DNA from: the human T2T-CHM13v2.0 reference genome, Homo sapiens
DNA length: 64,000 nt
Strand: one strand, 5' to 3'
Assembly: GCF_009914755.1 (NCBI RefSeq)
Contig: NC_060930.1
Below the pieces are notes generated by a model. The model did not search any database and had not been told where the DNA came from. It saw only the letters and a list, made by a program, of their open reading frames with translations. Shown piece after piece: positions 13,862-27,029 of this stretch. The first letter of the stretch is position 1; every line of letters starts with the position of its first letter. The position numbers were made by a program, and so were the translations under genes.

Positions 13862-14267
13862 TTAAGAAATTGGCTCACACTGTTGTGGGGGCTGGCCAGT
13901 CTGAAACCTGTAGAGCAGGCTAGCAGGCTGGAAATTCAGGAAGGCATTCATGTTGCAGTCTTGAGTCTGAAATCTATAGATTGAAATTTCAGACATGGTT
14001 TCTATGTTGCAATCTTGAGGCACAATTGCGTTTTTTTCAGGAAACCTCAGTTTGTGCTTTTAAGACGTTAAACTGACTGAATGAGGCCCATTCGTTTAGA
14101 GGGTAATGGGCTTGACTCAGAATCTACTGATTTAAATGCTAATCACATCTGAATATATGTATATATATGTATATTTTTTTTTCACAGCAATGTCTAGACT
14201 GGTATTTGACCAAACAGCTGGGGGCACCATATTATAGACAAATTGACACATACAATTAACCATCAGA
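13776..14267 (-). mobile_element. MLT2-family (ERVL) solo LTR
   Basis: TGTATTAGT…TTCTCCA start; …TTGACACAT…AATTAACCATCA end. Confidence 0.8.
13825..13860. repeat. (TGAT)9 microsatellite inside the MLT2 LTR
   Basis: Direct reading. Confidence 0.95.
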
Positions 14268-14749
14268 GCTAGTGTATATAATTCAAGAAGAATTTAAATC
14301 TGGACCTTTTTTCACTTCAGTTGAAATTCATTGAGGTGTAAAGATGTAATGTATTTTACAGTTATTGACAGGCACATATGAAACATCCAAGAAAGATAGT
14401 ATTATAGTAGAACTCTTTTGGGTTCCTGTGAGATTAAATGATAACTGTTCTTGTGTGTATTCAGATTTAAATTTTAGTTTTGTTGTCCATGTGCAGCTTT
14501 GAAATTTGCAATGCCATAGAAATTTCTGTCTTACTCATTTTTACAAAAGTAAAATAATTTTGAAATGGTCAGTAAATAGATGATCTCATAAAACTTACTA
14601 GCCTTAAATAACATGCATGAAGTATCATAGGATCAGAATGTTAAATACTCAAGAGAATGAAACTAAATAAAATCAAGCAAGAAACATTTATCTAATTTGC
14701 TGTCCACTTGCATTTTTGAAACTATAATTCATGCATTGTCCAATTCCAG

Positions 14750-14822
14750 ATTTTCAAGAACCATATGCTGTGGTTGTTCTTCTAGAAAAGGATTTAGTAC
14801 TTATAGACCTTGCACAAAATGG
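14750..14822 (+). CDS. STXBP5: STXBP5 coding exon (~exon 11), 73 nt, DFQEPYAVVVLLEKDLVLIDLAQNG
   Basis: ttccag| acceptor, GG|gtaaga donor, phase 1-2, continues the frame. Confidence 0.97.
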
Positions 14823-15722
14823 GTAAGAAATAAAATTTGGTGAGTGATTCTATCAGTATGTGGTTGAAAAAAGATGCCTTTTATCATAGCATTAGCTATT
14901 TCATTTCTTTGAAAACTCTACATTTATATCCATAACCTTGACCTCTTTTGAGAGCTCCAGACTCACATATCTACTTACTCAAATTTCTCTATTATGTTGA
15001 ATCTCATAAAATTTTCATTTTTAGGTAAAAATTTGTTGTAGTTCTGAAATTTCACATGATTCAACCTGACACTTAGATATCCTGGGGCCACACAAAATCA
15101 GCACGTCAAAAATTAATCCCATCAGTATTTACCTCCAAAATAAGCTATTTTAGGCTTTCTACGTCTACTCACTCTCAGTTGCAATGTTTATACGTGCTTT
15201 TGCCAGATTCGTTTTACACACAGTTCCAATCTTGTACTATCCTCTTCAAACCATGGTTCAGTATTGTTTTTTGATTTAAAAACATCTGCTACTCCAAACA
15301 GTAGGAATTCAGGATTTCTTTCCAACCTGATCTCTGTCTTCTCACTAGTGTCTATTCCTTAGGAAAACAGAACTATGTATTCAACAGACATCACATTTCT
15401 ATGTCTTCTCCTATGTAATTCCCAATACCTGAAACACTAGTTGTTTCACTGCCATAAAACTCTATATAACTTTCAAAGTCAACCTTCTTATCTTTTTCGG
15501 GCTTTTCCTATCCTCTGTTTACCAGATGTATTATATCTGATCTGTAACTTCACACCATAGCTTCTTTGTAACTTTTCATGGTATTTGCCATATTCTGCTT
15601 TTTGGATCATAGATGATAATGTTTACTTACAAATTATTTGAATGGAAGCACATTGTATTATTTATCTTTGGAGAAAGAATCATTAAGTATGGTTTTTAAT
15701 TGAGTTTACTCATTCAGTATTG

Positions 15723-15964
15723 CAGTGTTTCTCAATCAAGGGTGATTTTTGCATTCCCTGCCCCCAGCCCCGCCCTTCTCCCACCCAGAGAATATATGGC
15801 GATCTCTGTGGAAACCTTTTCAGTGGGTTTGAGGGTGTTGCGACTGGCATCTAGTGGGTAGAAGACAGAGATGCTGCAAAACATCCACAGTGCATAGGAC
15901 AGTTCCCTACAGTAGAACATTATCTCGTCCAAAATGTGAATAGTACTGAGGTTGGGCGACCCTG
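15723..15964 (+). mobile_element. MER20 hAT-Charlie DNA transposon
   Basis: CAGTGTTTCTCAA…GGCATCTAGTGGGTAGA…GAGGTTG…CCCTG. Confidence 0.85.
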
Positions 15965-16799
15965 AATTAGGTGAACAGTATCATTTACCTGATGTTTAGG
16001 CAATTCTAAATTTACTTTAGTACCTGCTACTTTTACTAATCAATTGTGAGGAGTCTTTTCAAAATAACAAGATAATTTGAAAATATTATTTCTGTCCTAG
16101 AATAACTTATTCTTAATATGATTTTCTTTTATTTTTTTCCCTTAGGCAAGTTTTTCAAATAATTGAGACTTTTCACATGTGATCTGTACTGAGATACATT
16201 TAAGTCAAAGAAAATACTATGCAAGTAACCTGTGACTAGGCATTTTATTTAGCAAAAGTATCAGTTAAATGTATGGTAATAATAGAATCACTGAGCTAAG
16301 GAAATAATGTGTGTTATAAAGAGAAGAAAGTTGCTTGCCGTTTTGTCATTTTATGAATGCATGTTGTTTGTGTTTGGTCCTGGAGGTGGGAGTGGTGATA
16401 GTTGGGTTCATTTTGCAGTCTATAAGGGACTATTTGGAAATTTCTCTCTTCTGTTTTAAAAAATTGTCAGTAGTAGACTGATCTAATTTTTGCAAATTAG
16501 CCACTTTGCACTTTTTAAATTTTTTAGCCAGTTTCTGGTTTTCCAGACTATTCTCATTCTAAGGACTTTAAAATGAGAAAAGAAATATTTTATATTTAGA
16601 TAGGATTCTACTTTAATTTCATGATTTTTAAAAGCATTTTTTGCTTTATTTAATAAAGTAACTTCATATCTAGAAAACATTTAAGGTAGAATTTTATTAT
16701 GTATTATTACCAAAACAAGAAAAATATTCTGAATTAAATATTGGACTAGGTATCATGTTTATGGAGAGAAAAAGAATGGAACATTTGTTAGCTCTGCTG

Positions 16800-16980
16800 A
16801 CATAAGGATGAGGTATGTGTTATTCCACCATTTGCTAGCAGGCATGCTTTTGACACATTATTCTCTGTAAGCCTTTGTTCTTCAGTAAAATGCCTATGTC
16901 GTAAGTTTGGTGCAAGAAGTAAATGAGATGTATATATTTAAAGCACTTAGTGTAGTGTATGGCATATGGCATGTAGTTGC
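16800..16980 (+). mobile_element. MIR fragment
   Basis: …TAAAATG…AAAGCACTTAG…TGGCATA MIR 3' motifs. Confidence 0.55.
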
Positions 16981-17178
16981 AACTAGAGCCTTTCTGTTTA
17001 CTATTCTAATTGAGCAATTTTCATTATAAAAGACTTCCATTTTTAAATATATTTACAAAAATTAAATCAATTTAATCTCTATGATAGAATGTATGTTTTT
17101 TAAAGTTTTTATTTTTGTATTAATCATATGGTATAATTCATTAAATTAATAAATACTTTTCTTTTTCTGTTGTTAAAG

Positions 17179-17326
17179 ATATCCTATATTTGAAAATCCC
17201 TACCCTTTGAGTATACATGAGTCCCCTGTTACATGTTGCGAATATTTTGCGGATTGTCCTGTGGACCTTATTCCTGCACTTTATTCTGTTGGAGCTAGAC
17301 AGAAACGTCAAGGTTACAGCAAAAAG
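17179..17326 (+). CDS. STXBP5: STXBP5 coding exon (~exon 12), 148 nt, YPIFENPYPLSIHESPVTCCEYFADCPVDLIPALYSVGARQKRQGYSKK
   Basis: Pyrimidine tract plus aag| acceptor, AAG|gtattg donor, phase 2-0. Confidence 0.97.
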
Positions 17327-17473
17327 GTATTGAACATGAGCTTCAGTATTTAATGTTATATTTCTTATTTATTCTATATTTATCACCTTGGAGTATTTGA
17401 TAACATTATACCTTTTCTATGGAAAATAGGTTAAAAATTATTTTTGCAAGCAAAATATGTTTTTCACTGGATT

Positions 17474-17477
<4 letters not shown>

Positions 17478-17505
<28 letters not shown>
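17478..17505. repeat. (AC)14 microsatellite in the short intron before ~exon 13
   Basis: Direct reading. Confidence 0.95.
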
Positions 17506-17508
<3 letters not shown>

Positions 17509-17558
17509 GGTATGTAGTATGCTTGCAAGTTGCTTTATACAGTCATCTTTTTTTATAG

Positions 17559-17626
17559 GAATGGCCCATCAACGGAGGTAATTGGGGCTTGGGTGCTCAA
17601 AGTTACCCAGAAATAATTATTACAGG
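17559..17626 (+). CDS. STXBP5: STXBP5 coding exon (~exon 13), 68 nt, EWPINGGNWGLGAQSYPEIIITG
   Basis: ttttatag| acceptor, GG|gtaagt donor, phase 0-2. Confidence 0.97.
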
Positions 17627-17890
17627 GTAAGTAAAAGTCTGTCTTCACCAAGTAAATCTATAATAGCTAAATATAATTGATTGAGACTACATGAATGTTA
17701 ACTTACTGGACAGGTAGAGCTTTCCTTTATGTCGTAATATAATAAGAAATGTTATTCTTAAGAACCTGCCAGTTTACCCTGATTTTTTTTACCTTTTTAC
17801 TCATTTTGTTGACTTTTTAATAGCAGTACCCATTTAAAGAAGGAAGAACTGTAATTTTATTCATCACATTCTTAACATTGCTTTTCTTAG

Positions 17891-17931
17891 GCATGCTGAT
17901 GGGTCAGTTAAGTTCTGGGATGCTTCTGCAA
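17891..17931 (+). CDS. STXBP5: STXBP5 coding exon (~exon 14), 41 nt, HADGSVKFWDASA (WD40 signature)
   Basis: ttcttag| acceptor, A|gtaagt donor, phase 2-1; GH..DG.V..WD motif. Confidence 0.97.
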
Positions 17932-18809
17932 GTAAGTATTTTTAATATTCATTATTTGTTATATGTTATACAATCACTGCTTTTATGCATCCTGTTTTAT
18001 AATAATTGCATAACCAATATTTAATTTGAAATGTAGAGGTTATAAATTTAATGCTTGATTTATTAAATACATGAGTTTAGAATTTTTAATATAGTCTTAA
18101 TATTAGTAAATCAAGAATAATTGGCAACACAAGTATTCAATTTTATTTTTTCCTTCAAAATTTCTTCAAACCTTATCTTCCTAAGTCAGAGTTAGGGGAA
18201 GTGGGAATGTGTTCCAAATCAACAGAAATTTCTAGAATAATTTTAATGCCTGACTCTAAATTTGTATCACTAACGTTCATGTTGTCTTTGCGAAATAAAT
18301 CTGGTGGTTACATAGTAGCAAAAAAAGAAATAATGCCTTTAATGATTAATGTTTCAAAACACACATGGCAAGCATTCAATTGGAATCCAGTTAACTCAGG
18401 ATATGTTGTGTTTCCTCATGTAGGAATGTTTAATTATATTGGTACTGTATCTTTTCTAGAGAAGATACATAGAAAATCATTTTAGGAAGCAAACTGTGTT
18501 GTTTATTATTTTCATGTATTTACACATTATTTTTCCAAAATGTTTTTATTACTCATTTTTTTAAGATTACCTAAAATCCATTGTGATAATAGATTTTTCT
18601 TCATGAATACAATGAGCACACTCTTGTTTGGTCAATGAGAACAAAGAATATATTATCTAAATGTTTAATAGACTAACGTAAATTGAGAAATGAAAATATG
18701 ATGTAGTTAAATATGGACCATTTTCTATACATAGTATGAGTGATTAAATGTTACCTTATGTTTGATCATTTTATATTAAAGTATCTGACATATATTATCT
18801 TTTTTCCAG

Positions 18810-19030
18810 TAACTCTACAAGTATTATATAAGCTAAAGACATCTAAAGTATTTGAAAAGTCAAGAAATAAAGATGACAGGCCAAACACAGACATTGTAGA
18901 TGAAGATCCATATGCCATTCAGATCATCTCCTGGTGTCCAGAAAGTAGAATGCTGTGCATCGCTGGAGTTTCAGCTCATGTCATTATTTATAGATTCAGC
19001 AAGCAGGAAGTAATCACAGAAGTCATTCCG
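18810..19030 (+). CDS. STXBP5: STXBP5 coding exon (~exon 15), 221 nt, ITLQVLYKLKTSKVFEK…KQEVITEVIP
   Basis: ttttccag| acceptor, CCG|gtaata donor, phase 1-0; ORF 18740..19045. Confidence 0.97.
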
Positions 19031-19523
19031 GTAATAACGTCTTAGTTATTTTCATGGTCAAGTTATTTTCATCCACATTTTTAAATTTGTGGATGATTTG
19101 GAAGACTTTTTGCAGTCAGTTTTGTGCAGAACTTTTGAAAACACCTTAGTATTTATATTATTATCTCTCTTTTGTAAAAAACAGCATTTTTTGCATATAT
19201 TTTCACTGATTATTTAAATCCTTAAGTATAGGATATGTTTCCTTTAAGGAAAGCTAATATGAATATGAGTATACTCTAATTTGATATTAACACGAGTACC
19301 ATACATTCTAAAATCATAATGCACGTTTGTGTGTGTACTCCCTGAGTCAAGAACGTTTTCTTTCTTGCTAAATCCTTATTTTTTGAAATCTTGCTAAATT
19401 TTTACCTTTAAAAATCTTCTTGCCACTGAAGTTTATGTAAAGTGTGTGTGTATGTGTGTATAAATTGTGATAAAATGAGCAATAATTATTAGGAGTAAGT
19501 AAACTACCTTACTTTTACAACAG

Positions 19524-19702
19524 ATGCTTGAAGTTCGATTATTATATGAGATAAATGATGTGGAAACTCCGGAGGGTGAGCAGCCACCACCTTTGCCAAC
19601 ACCCGTGGGAGGGTCCAACCCTCAGCCCATCCCTCCTCAGTCTCATCCATCTACCAGTAGCAGTTCATCTGATGGGCTTCGTGATAATGTACCTTGTTTA
19701 AA
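19524..19702 (+). CDS. STXBP5: STXBP5 coding exon (~exon 16), 179 nt, MLEVRLLYEIND…Pro/Ser-rich…RDNVPCLK
   Basis: aacag| acceptor, AA|gtaagt donor, phase 0-2; ORF 19524..19706. Confidence 0.97.
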
Positions 19703-20704
19703 GTAAGTTATAAAAAACTACAGAGGAGTTTTGGATATTATCTTTTAATTTATATAAATTGTAAGCATTAGAGCTATGGTAACATTTTCTTTTGATATAG
19801 CAAAATGGCATAAGAATGGTTCTTCCTGTGTTTTGCTATGGTTAGTCCAACTCATTTTTCTATGACATCAAGAGGAATATGATTGCATTTCATGATATTA
19901 TCCTTAAAATATTAAGGTTTAATCTCCAAACATTCTCGTAAAGCAGCAAGGATCTAACCTGTATATATCGCTCAGTCTTCTAAATCCATCAGTGTTTTTA
20001 GTCTTGATTTATATGTAGCTTGGATTTATGTTCCGACTGCTTTCTACAACTCTGAAAATTCTGTTTAAGTCTTTTAAGACTCAGTTGTTTTCTAATCATT
20101 TTCTTTTTCTGAATCTTCACTAGCACCACCGTATCTTTATTTAAAACGTTTTATTGTTGCATCCTAAATTTAAATATATCTTGCTTTTATACAGAGATAA
20201 ATTGGATGAAGTTTTATTTTTTCTGTCCAATTTTTATTATTGAGTGGTTAAAATGTTTAAATGATAGAGGCAGAGAAATAAAACAATGAGTAAGAAGTTA
20301 AAATCATTGAAAAAGTACATGAAGACTATGTGATTAATAGTATATTTACAAAGAATTCAACTAGGATAATGACGGAAAGGTGGTTCTGGTAGCACTCAGA
20401 GAGATTCAGTAGATTGGTAGAGGGCAAAAGCCAGAGTGTACTAGGTTCAAGGTAGAGAGGGTAGTAAGTAAGAGAAATAATTTGCATTTATTAAAAGGAC
20501 CAGGCTTTGCACTATTTTACTTTAATCTGCTTGAGTCTCTTCTACTGGTAGATAAATAATTTCTGGGAAGAATGTCTGTGTAATGAATAATGCACTCACA
20601 CCAAAGATAAAACGGATAGATTTTTTTTATATTACAATCATTTTAAAAATACAGAGTTTTAGAAAATTATATGTTTACAAAAATTGAAGGTCATGTAGTC
20701 TAAG

Positions 20705-20913
20705 CTGGTGGCTCTCATTTGCATATGATTTTGTTCCCTAGGGGACATTTGGAGATGCTTTTAGTAGACACAACATGAGGAAGGGAGATGCTATTGACAC
20801 TTAGTGGGTAGAGGCCAGGGATAATGTTAAATATTCTACAATGGACAAGGCAGTGCACACAACAAAGAATTACCAGCTCAAAACATCAGTAGTGCCAAGG
20901 ATGAGAACCTCTG
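20705..20913 (+). mobile_element. MER20 DNA transposon
   Basis: GGGGACATTTGG…TAGTGGGTAGAGGCCAGGGAT…ACAACAAAGAATTA…. Confidence 0.85.
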
Positions 20914-22822
20914 ATCCAAACAGTATATACCCATTGAGGTTAAGCAGCTACATTTCTCAGAAAGGTATCAAGTTTTTCTTTCTCTCCTCTCCCTCTCTCA
21001 TACCTGTACTAGAATATACACACTTATAACTGTAGTTCTAGCACATGTTTTAACTAGAATGAGACTTGGGAATACAGAATTCTACACTTTTCCCCTTTAT
21101 TACTTCTTCAATACTACTTTATACTTAAAATTGTAAATGTTCCGTTAATGCCCTTGTTTCTGATTTCAATGTTTTTTTCCCAAGCCCTTTGTTACATTTA
21201 ATTTTTATGACATACGTAGTACAATTTGTCTTTGGGGCATTTTTTGTAACGTATTTCTATATTTCTGAAATAGTGTTTTCAACTACTGAAGTGACATTTT
21301 AACAAAATAACAATTCCATATAAACATACATTATCTTCAACAGAATTAGAATGATTTATTTAATTTGTACTTCATAATTTCTGATGCCTCCAAGTTTTTT
21401 AGGCTTGTGGCCAGAGATCCAGCAGTATAAAACATTAAATTCTTTTCCTACCTGAAGAAAAAACACCATCAATGCACTGCTTTCTCATGACAAGATAGGT
21501 CAGAGGAAATAGTACTGACAGGAGAAGCAGTACTGTTTGGACCAGAGTGACAAGACCTCTTACCTTGGCTTTCTAGGTTAAAGTTAAAGGCCAGCCTGAT
21601 AGGTGAGTCTTTGTCCTCTGTTCTTAGAAAGGCCTTTTTTTTCCAGTTTTTTTACTGACTGAAAGAGCAAGGATAATAGTTAAGGCAGCAACCAGCAGCA
21701 GCTGTTAAAACCAGCAAACCAAAATGCAGAGTACAACAGTACCCAAATCCATTTTAAAGGTAATACTGACTTCGTTCTGCAATTATGAGTTTTCTTTATT
21801 GTTCATGGACCTGAGATTATGGTATGGCCATCTTTCTTGTTTGGGAGGACTTTTCATACTTGTGATGGAATGTTATGGCACACTATTAATCTTTTGTAAT
21901 TATTTAATGGAATGTCACTTAATATAAGAATTCCTTTTAAGCTGCTGGTTAGTCCCAGTAGACAGAGAGTCTCATTAGCCAATCCATTAATGATACATGT
22001 GAGGAGAGTCCTTTTTGTTGTTGGCATTAATTGTTATCTTTTGTGTATGGATACACTTTGCCAATCCTGGGATATACACGCAATAACATCTTAACAGTTT
22101 TTTCTGAATCCTAAAATAACTAATGACTGTGATTTGATGGTTTTTTTTCCTTTTGAATATCACTGTGGAACTCTAGGTATTTTTTATAGGCAATTTGTTT
22201 TAACTTACTGAATTTAATCAACTTAACGTGATTTTGTCACAGTTTTCTAGAGGGAGCTTCTTTTAAGTTGGTGTTTGTGTCTTCTTAACACCACCTCAGA
22301 ACTTTGTGACCATCCTTAATTTCTGTCAAGATGTTCTAGACTTGCTTTGAATACTACTTGCCCTCACAGGGTAACAGACCAAAATATGATCTTTAGAAAT
22401 GTTTGTAACATTATTTTTAATAAGCAGTATATTGTTATAGTAGACCACCTGGTGACAAGAGCTAAAAAAAATGGGGGGGTTGTTTTTTAAAAAACAGTCA
22501 TTAAAACTCTTTTATTTTTCATTGAGTTTTTACATTACTATATAATGTAAATAAATAATTTTAAATCTCTTACCCAAACCACTCTTCTCCTATAATTTGA
22601 TTAGCCTGGAATTATTCCATTTAATATTATTTATCTGTTAACAAAAGTAAGTCCAAAATTGTAGTATTAAAATTACCACTGATAGTAAAACACTAGATGA
22701 ATAGTAAAATATAACATGACAGCTGTCCTTTAGACCTTTGAGCATATGACAAGTGATTCATAAGGCAATTACATTGTTTTGAGTTACTTTAATAATTTTT
22801 CTTCTGTTTTGGTTTTTTGTAG

Positions 22823-22884
22823 ACTAACCTCATGTATAATAAAACTTTATAACAACTAACCTCATGTATAATAAAACTTTATAA
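22823..22884. repeat. Perfect 30-bp tandem duplication (period 32)
   Basis: ACTAACCTCATGTATAATAAAACTTTATAA at 22823-22852 and 22855-22884. Confidence 0.95.
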
Positions 22885-23073
22885 ATTCATTTTATCTTGA
22901 GACTTAATATTTTAAGGGACAGTTCTTTTTGGAAGTAGCGTTTGGTGTCAGATAGAGGTAAACTGCCCTGTCAGTATGTTTTATAAAATGGATGGAACTT
23001 TGAAGCAGTTCAGACTTTAAAGACACACATAGGAGATTCAGCCAGAGTCCTGTCACCTGTAATTGCTTACTAG

Positions 23074-23430
<357 letters not shown>

Positions 23431-23845
23431 CCCATCTGTATTCTTAACACATTAAGAAATAAAATAATTTCAGATGGTGACTAAAAATATCACCTTAATT
23501 ATTGTTAAAGGTAAAGATGCCAACTAGCACAAGAGCCAGGTAGGTTTCCTGGTACTGACTGACCTGTATACAGAGATAGCCTTATCCTCCCAGTCGTGGC
23601 AGTATTAAGAACACTGCCTTTGCAGCAGCAGAAAAGAAAATGCATCCCCTGGGCAGACTTGCTCCCAAATGAACACAGGTTGAGGGGAAAATGAGAGGGC
23701 TACATTAATTATTTCCATATTTACCGGCTACATAGGGACTCTACCATTCCTGGGATAGAGTTAGAAAGAGGGTAGAGAGAAGCCCAGGAGTTCCACTGAC
23801 ACTCAAGAAAATACAACAGATGTGGAGAAGCAGTCCTGCTAATTT

Positions 23846-23847
<2 letters not shown>

Positions 23848-23887
<40 letters not shown>
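23848..23887. repeat. (GT)20 microsatellite
   Basis: Direct reading. Confidence 0.95.
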
Positions 23888-23889
<2 letters not shown>

Positions 23890-24640
23890 ACATGCTTGAT
23901 TTTTGTTTTTGGCAGCCATGGGGGGTGGTTTGGCTGGTCACATAAATGCAAATTCTTACTAACTTTAATAGATAATGTTATATATTGTTACATCAAGTTA
24001 TACATTTAAATTACAACATTACTTAAAATTTTAAGTATTGATTTTTAAAACTAGAAATATAAACAAATCATAGTAAAAAATATCATAAAGTAATGGCTCT
24101 ATTGATACAGTTATGGTTATTTTGATCCTTTTTCTGGATTTTAGAGAAAACCCAAGAACAAGAATGCATGGGAAGATTGTAAACATAGGGATTGCATGAT
24201 AACTATTTCCTTTTCTTCAGCCATTATCTTAAAATTAATTTGTTAGTAATAATAATTCTCTAGTATTACCTTACTAAAGGACCAATTTTTGGAGACAGAG
24301 TCATGAGAGAGATAACTAGTCTTTTAGTAGAATATTGTACAAGCTAGTGAAAGACATAAAGTACAAGTTTTGGACATTTTTGTCTAAAATCTATATATTA
24401 GTGATTTTTTTAAAAATCACAAACAACTTATACCTCATTTTTTTCTTTTAATAGTCTTCAAATAAATGCAGGTATTTATTAACTTGACATTGTTTTGGTC
24501 CACAGTCCTAGAGGCCAGTTTCTTAAAGTAAGAAGTATAACAAAAATTGATGTTAAAATATAATATTGAGGCTTTTTTCATATAAAATGCCTTTGTTTAC
24601 AATTGGTTTATTTGAAGAAACATTTTAAAAGCAGCTGTTT

Positions 24641-24873
24641 AAGACCAAGGAAGGGGATTGATTGAGACCAGGAGTTCAAGACCAGTCTGGATAACATAGT
24701 AAGATACCATCTCTACAATAAAGTTTTTTAAAAAATTAGCCAGGTGTGGCGACATCACCTGTAGGCTGAAGTGGGAGGATTGCCTGAGCCCAGGAGTTCA
24801 AGGTCACAGTGAGCTATGATCATAGCTGCACTCCAGCCAGGGTGACAGAGTGAGTTTCTGTCTCTTAAAAAAA
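24641..24873 (+). mobile_element. 5'-truncated AluJ with internal deletion
   Basis: CAGGAGTTCAAGACCAG…GAGCCCAGGAGTTCAAGGTCACAGTGAGCTATGATC. Confidence 0.88.
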
Positions 24874-26540
24874 GAGGTAAAAAAGAAAAGGCAGCCGTTT
24901 GACTTGTTTCTTTTAGCAATGAAATTTTATGTTTTTGAATTATTTTTATTGTCCCTTTGCAAGGTACTTGCTCAAACAATCATTTTGAAACTGTGAGGCT
25001 CTACGCATCACTTTAACATTTAAAATACGTTTGTACAAATTATGGAACTCTTTATAAAACTTTTTCCTTAAAAAGTAAACAAATCAACTTGAATATATTA
25101 AAAACATTAAAATTATACCATAACCATTTAGAATAAAGCATAACACCCTCTTCCCATTTCATATTTTTAAAATGTAACTTACCTGCTTTCATTTCTTGGC
25201 TTAGGTTTCTCATCCTTTACCATTTTGCATCATGTTTGGCTGCCTTTTTATTTTTACTTAAGAACGTTTTTTTGTTTCCTTATACTAACTAAAATAAGAA
25301 TTCCATGAGTTCTGTGTGTCCTGGTCACTTAAATCTTAAATGTGCCCATATATGTACTTCTAAAATTATCCCTGGAATGCCTGGTTCTGCTCTTGAGAAT
25401 TTGTCGTGCACATTTAATATGCCAGAGGGAGGGAGGACACTTCCTTGACCCTAACCTTCTATACCTAATTCATAGAAGTAGAAGATAGACCACTCAGACC
25501 CTTCAGTCTACTCCTGTGTCAAGGCTGACTCTGGGAAGAAATGAAATGCCTCAGTTGTTACTCTGTCGCTTGAGATGGAGAGCTGTAGCTGATTAGTGGG
25601 TATTTCCCTAAGAATAATTCAGAAATTTTGCATCAGCCAGTGTAGAGTTCTGAATGCATTGCCTTGCAAACCTTGACCAGCCAGAAGTGAACTGTAGTTC
25701 AATTCGTATAAGCAGTGCCCTCAGTGATTCACATTTACCCTGAAGTCTGAACAACTTTCGCTGTTTCCTAGCATGTATGTCATCAAAACACGAGGTGCCA
25801 TGGTCTTCCACATTAGAAATACCAACTGAATAATTCAGAAGGGTTCTTACCTCTGAGTTTGGTGGCAGGAAATTCAACATCGAGTAGTCTTCCTGCTGTT
25901 CTCTCACACACTGTCATTTCAAGGCAGAAGCCTTAAGAATTGCGGAAGTAACCAGGCTTTGCATATGTTTTGCTACAGCAATTACTAGGCAAAGAGTTGT
26001 GCAATCAAAAATGTTTTTAACTTAAAGTCATAGTAGAGTTTTTTACAATAAAAGCAGTCACACACTAAAATTGTTCACATTTTTTAAAAAAATGTGCCTT
26101 TCAAGTACACTTGAAGTTTTCTGGTACAAGTATAGCAGGTATTGTTTCAGAAGGTCTCACACTCTTTTAAACCCCTCTTTATCTCTTCCTTTCTAAAATC
26201 CTAATGACAAGTTTAGTTCAGCATGGATTTAACTATTCATGAGGTTTGGGAATAGGTAGTCATACCTGCTGACTAGTTTCACTTGTAGTTCTCTACCATC
26301 ATCTCAAACTTAACCCCATGGTCTCCTAAAACTACCTCTTTATCCCTCCCTCCCTCCCTTCCTTCTGTCTGATTGTACATTCACTGTTTCTTCTTTTCTT
26401 CCTCTACCCTACCTCTACTCAACCTCCAATTCATTCAGTAAATATTGAGTACCTCTTTTGTGCCAGTGTTAAAAGTATTAATAGCTGCAAGGTTTCTGCC
26501 TTCCTGAAATGTAAAGCCTTGTCTGTTCTTACTCCATTAA

Positions 26541-26997
<457 letters not shown>

Positions 26998-27029
26998 TAA
27001 TAATGAAAATATATTACCTTTGTCTAATT

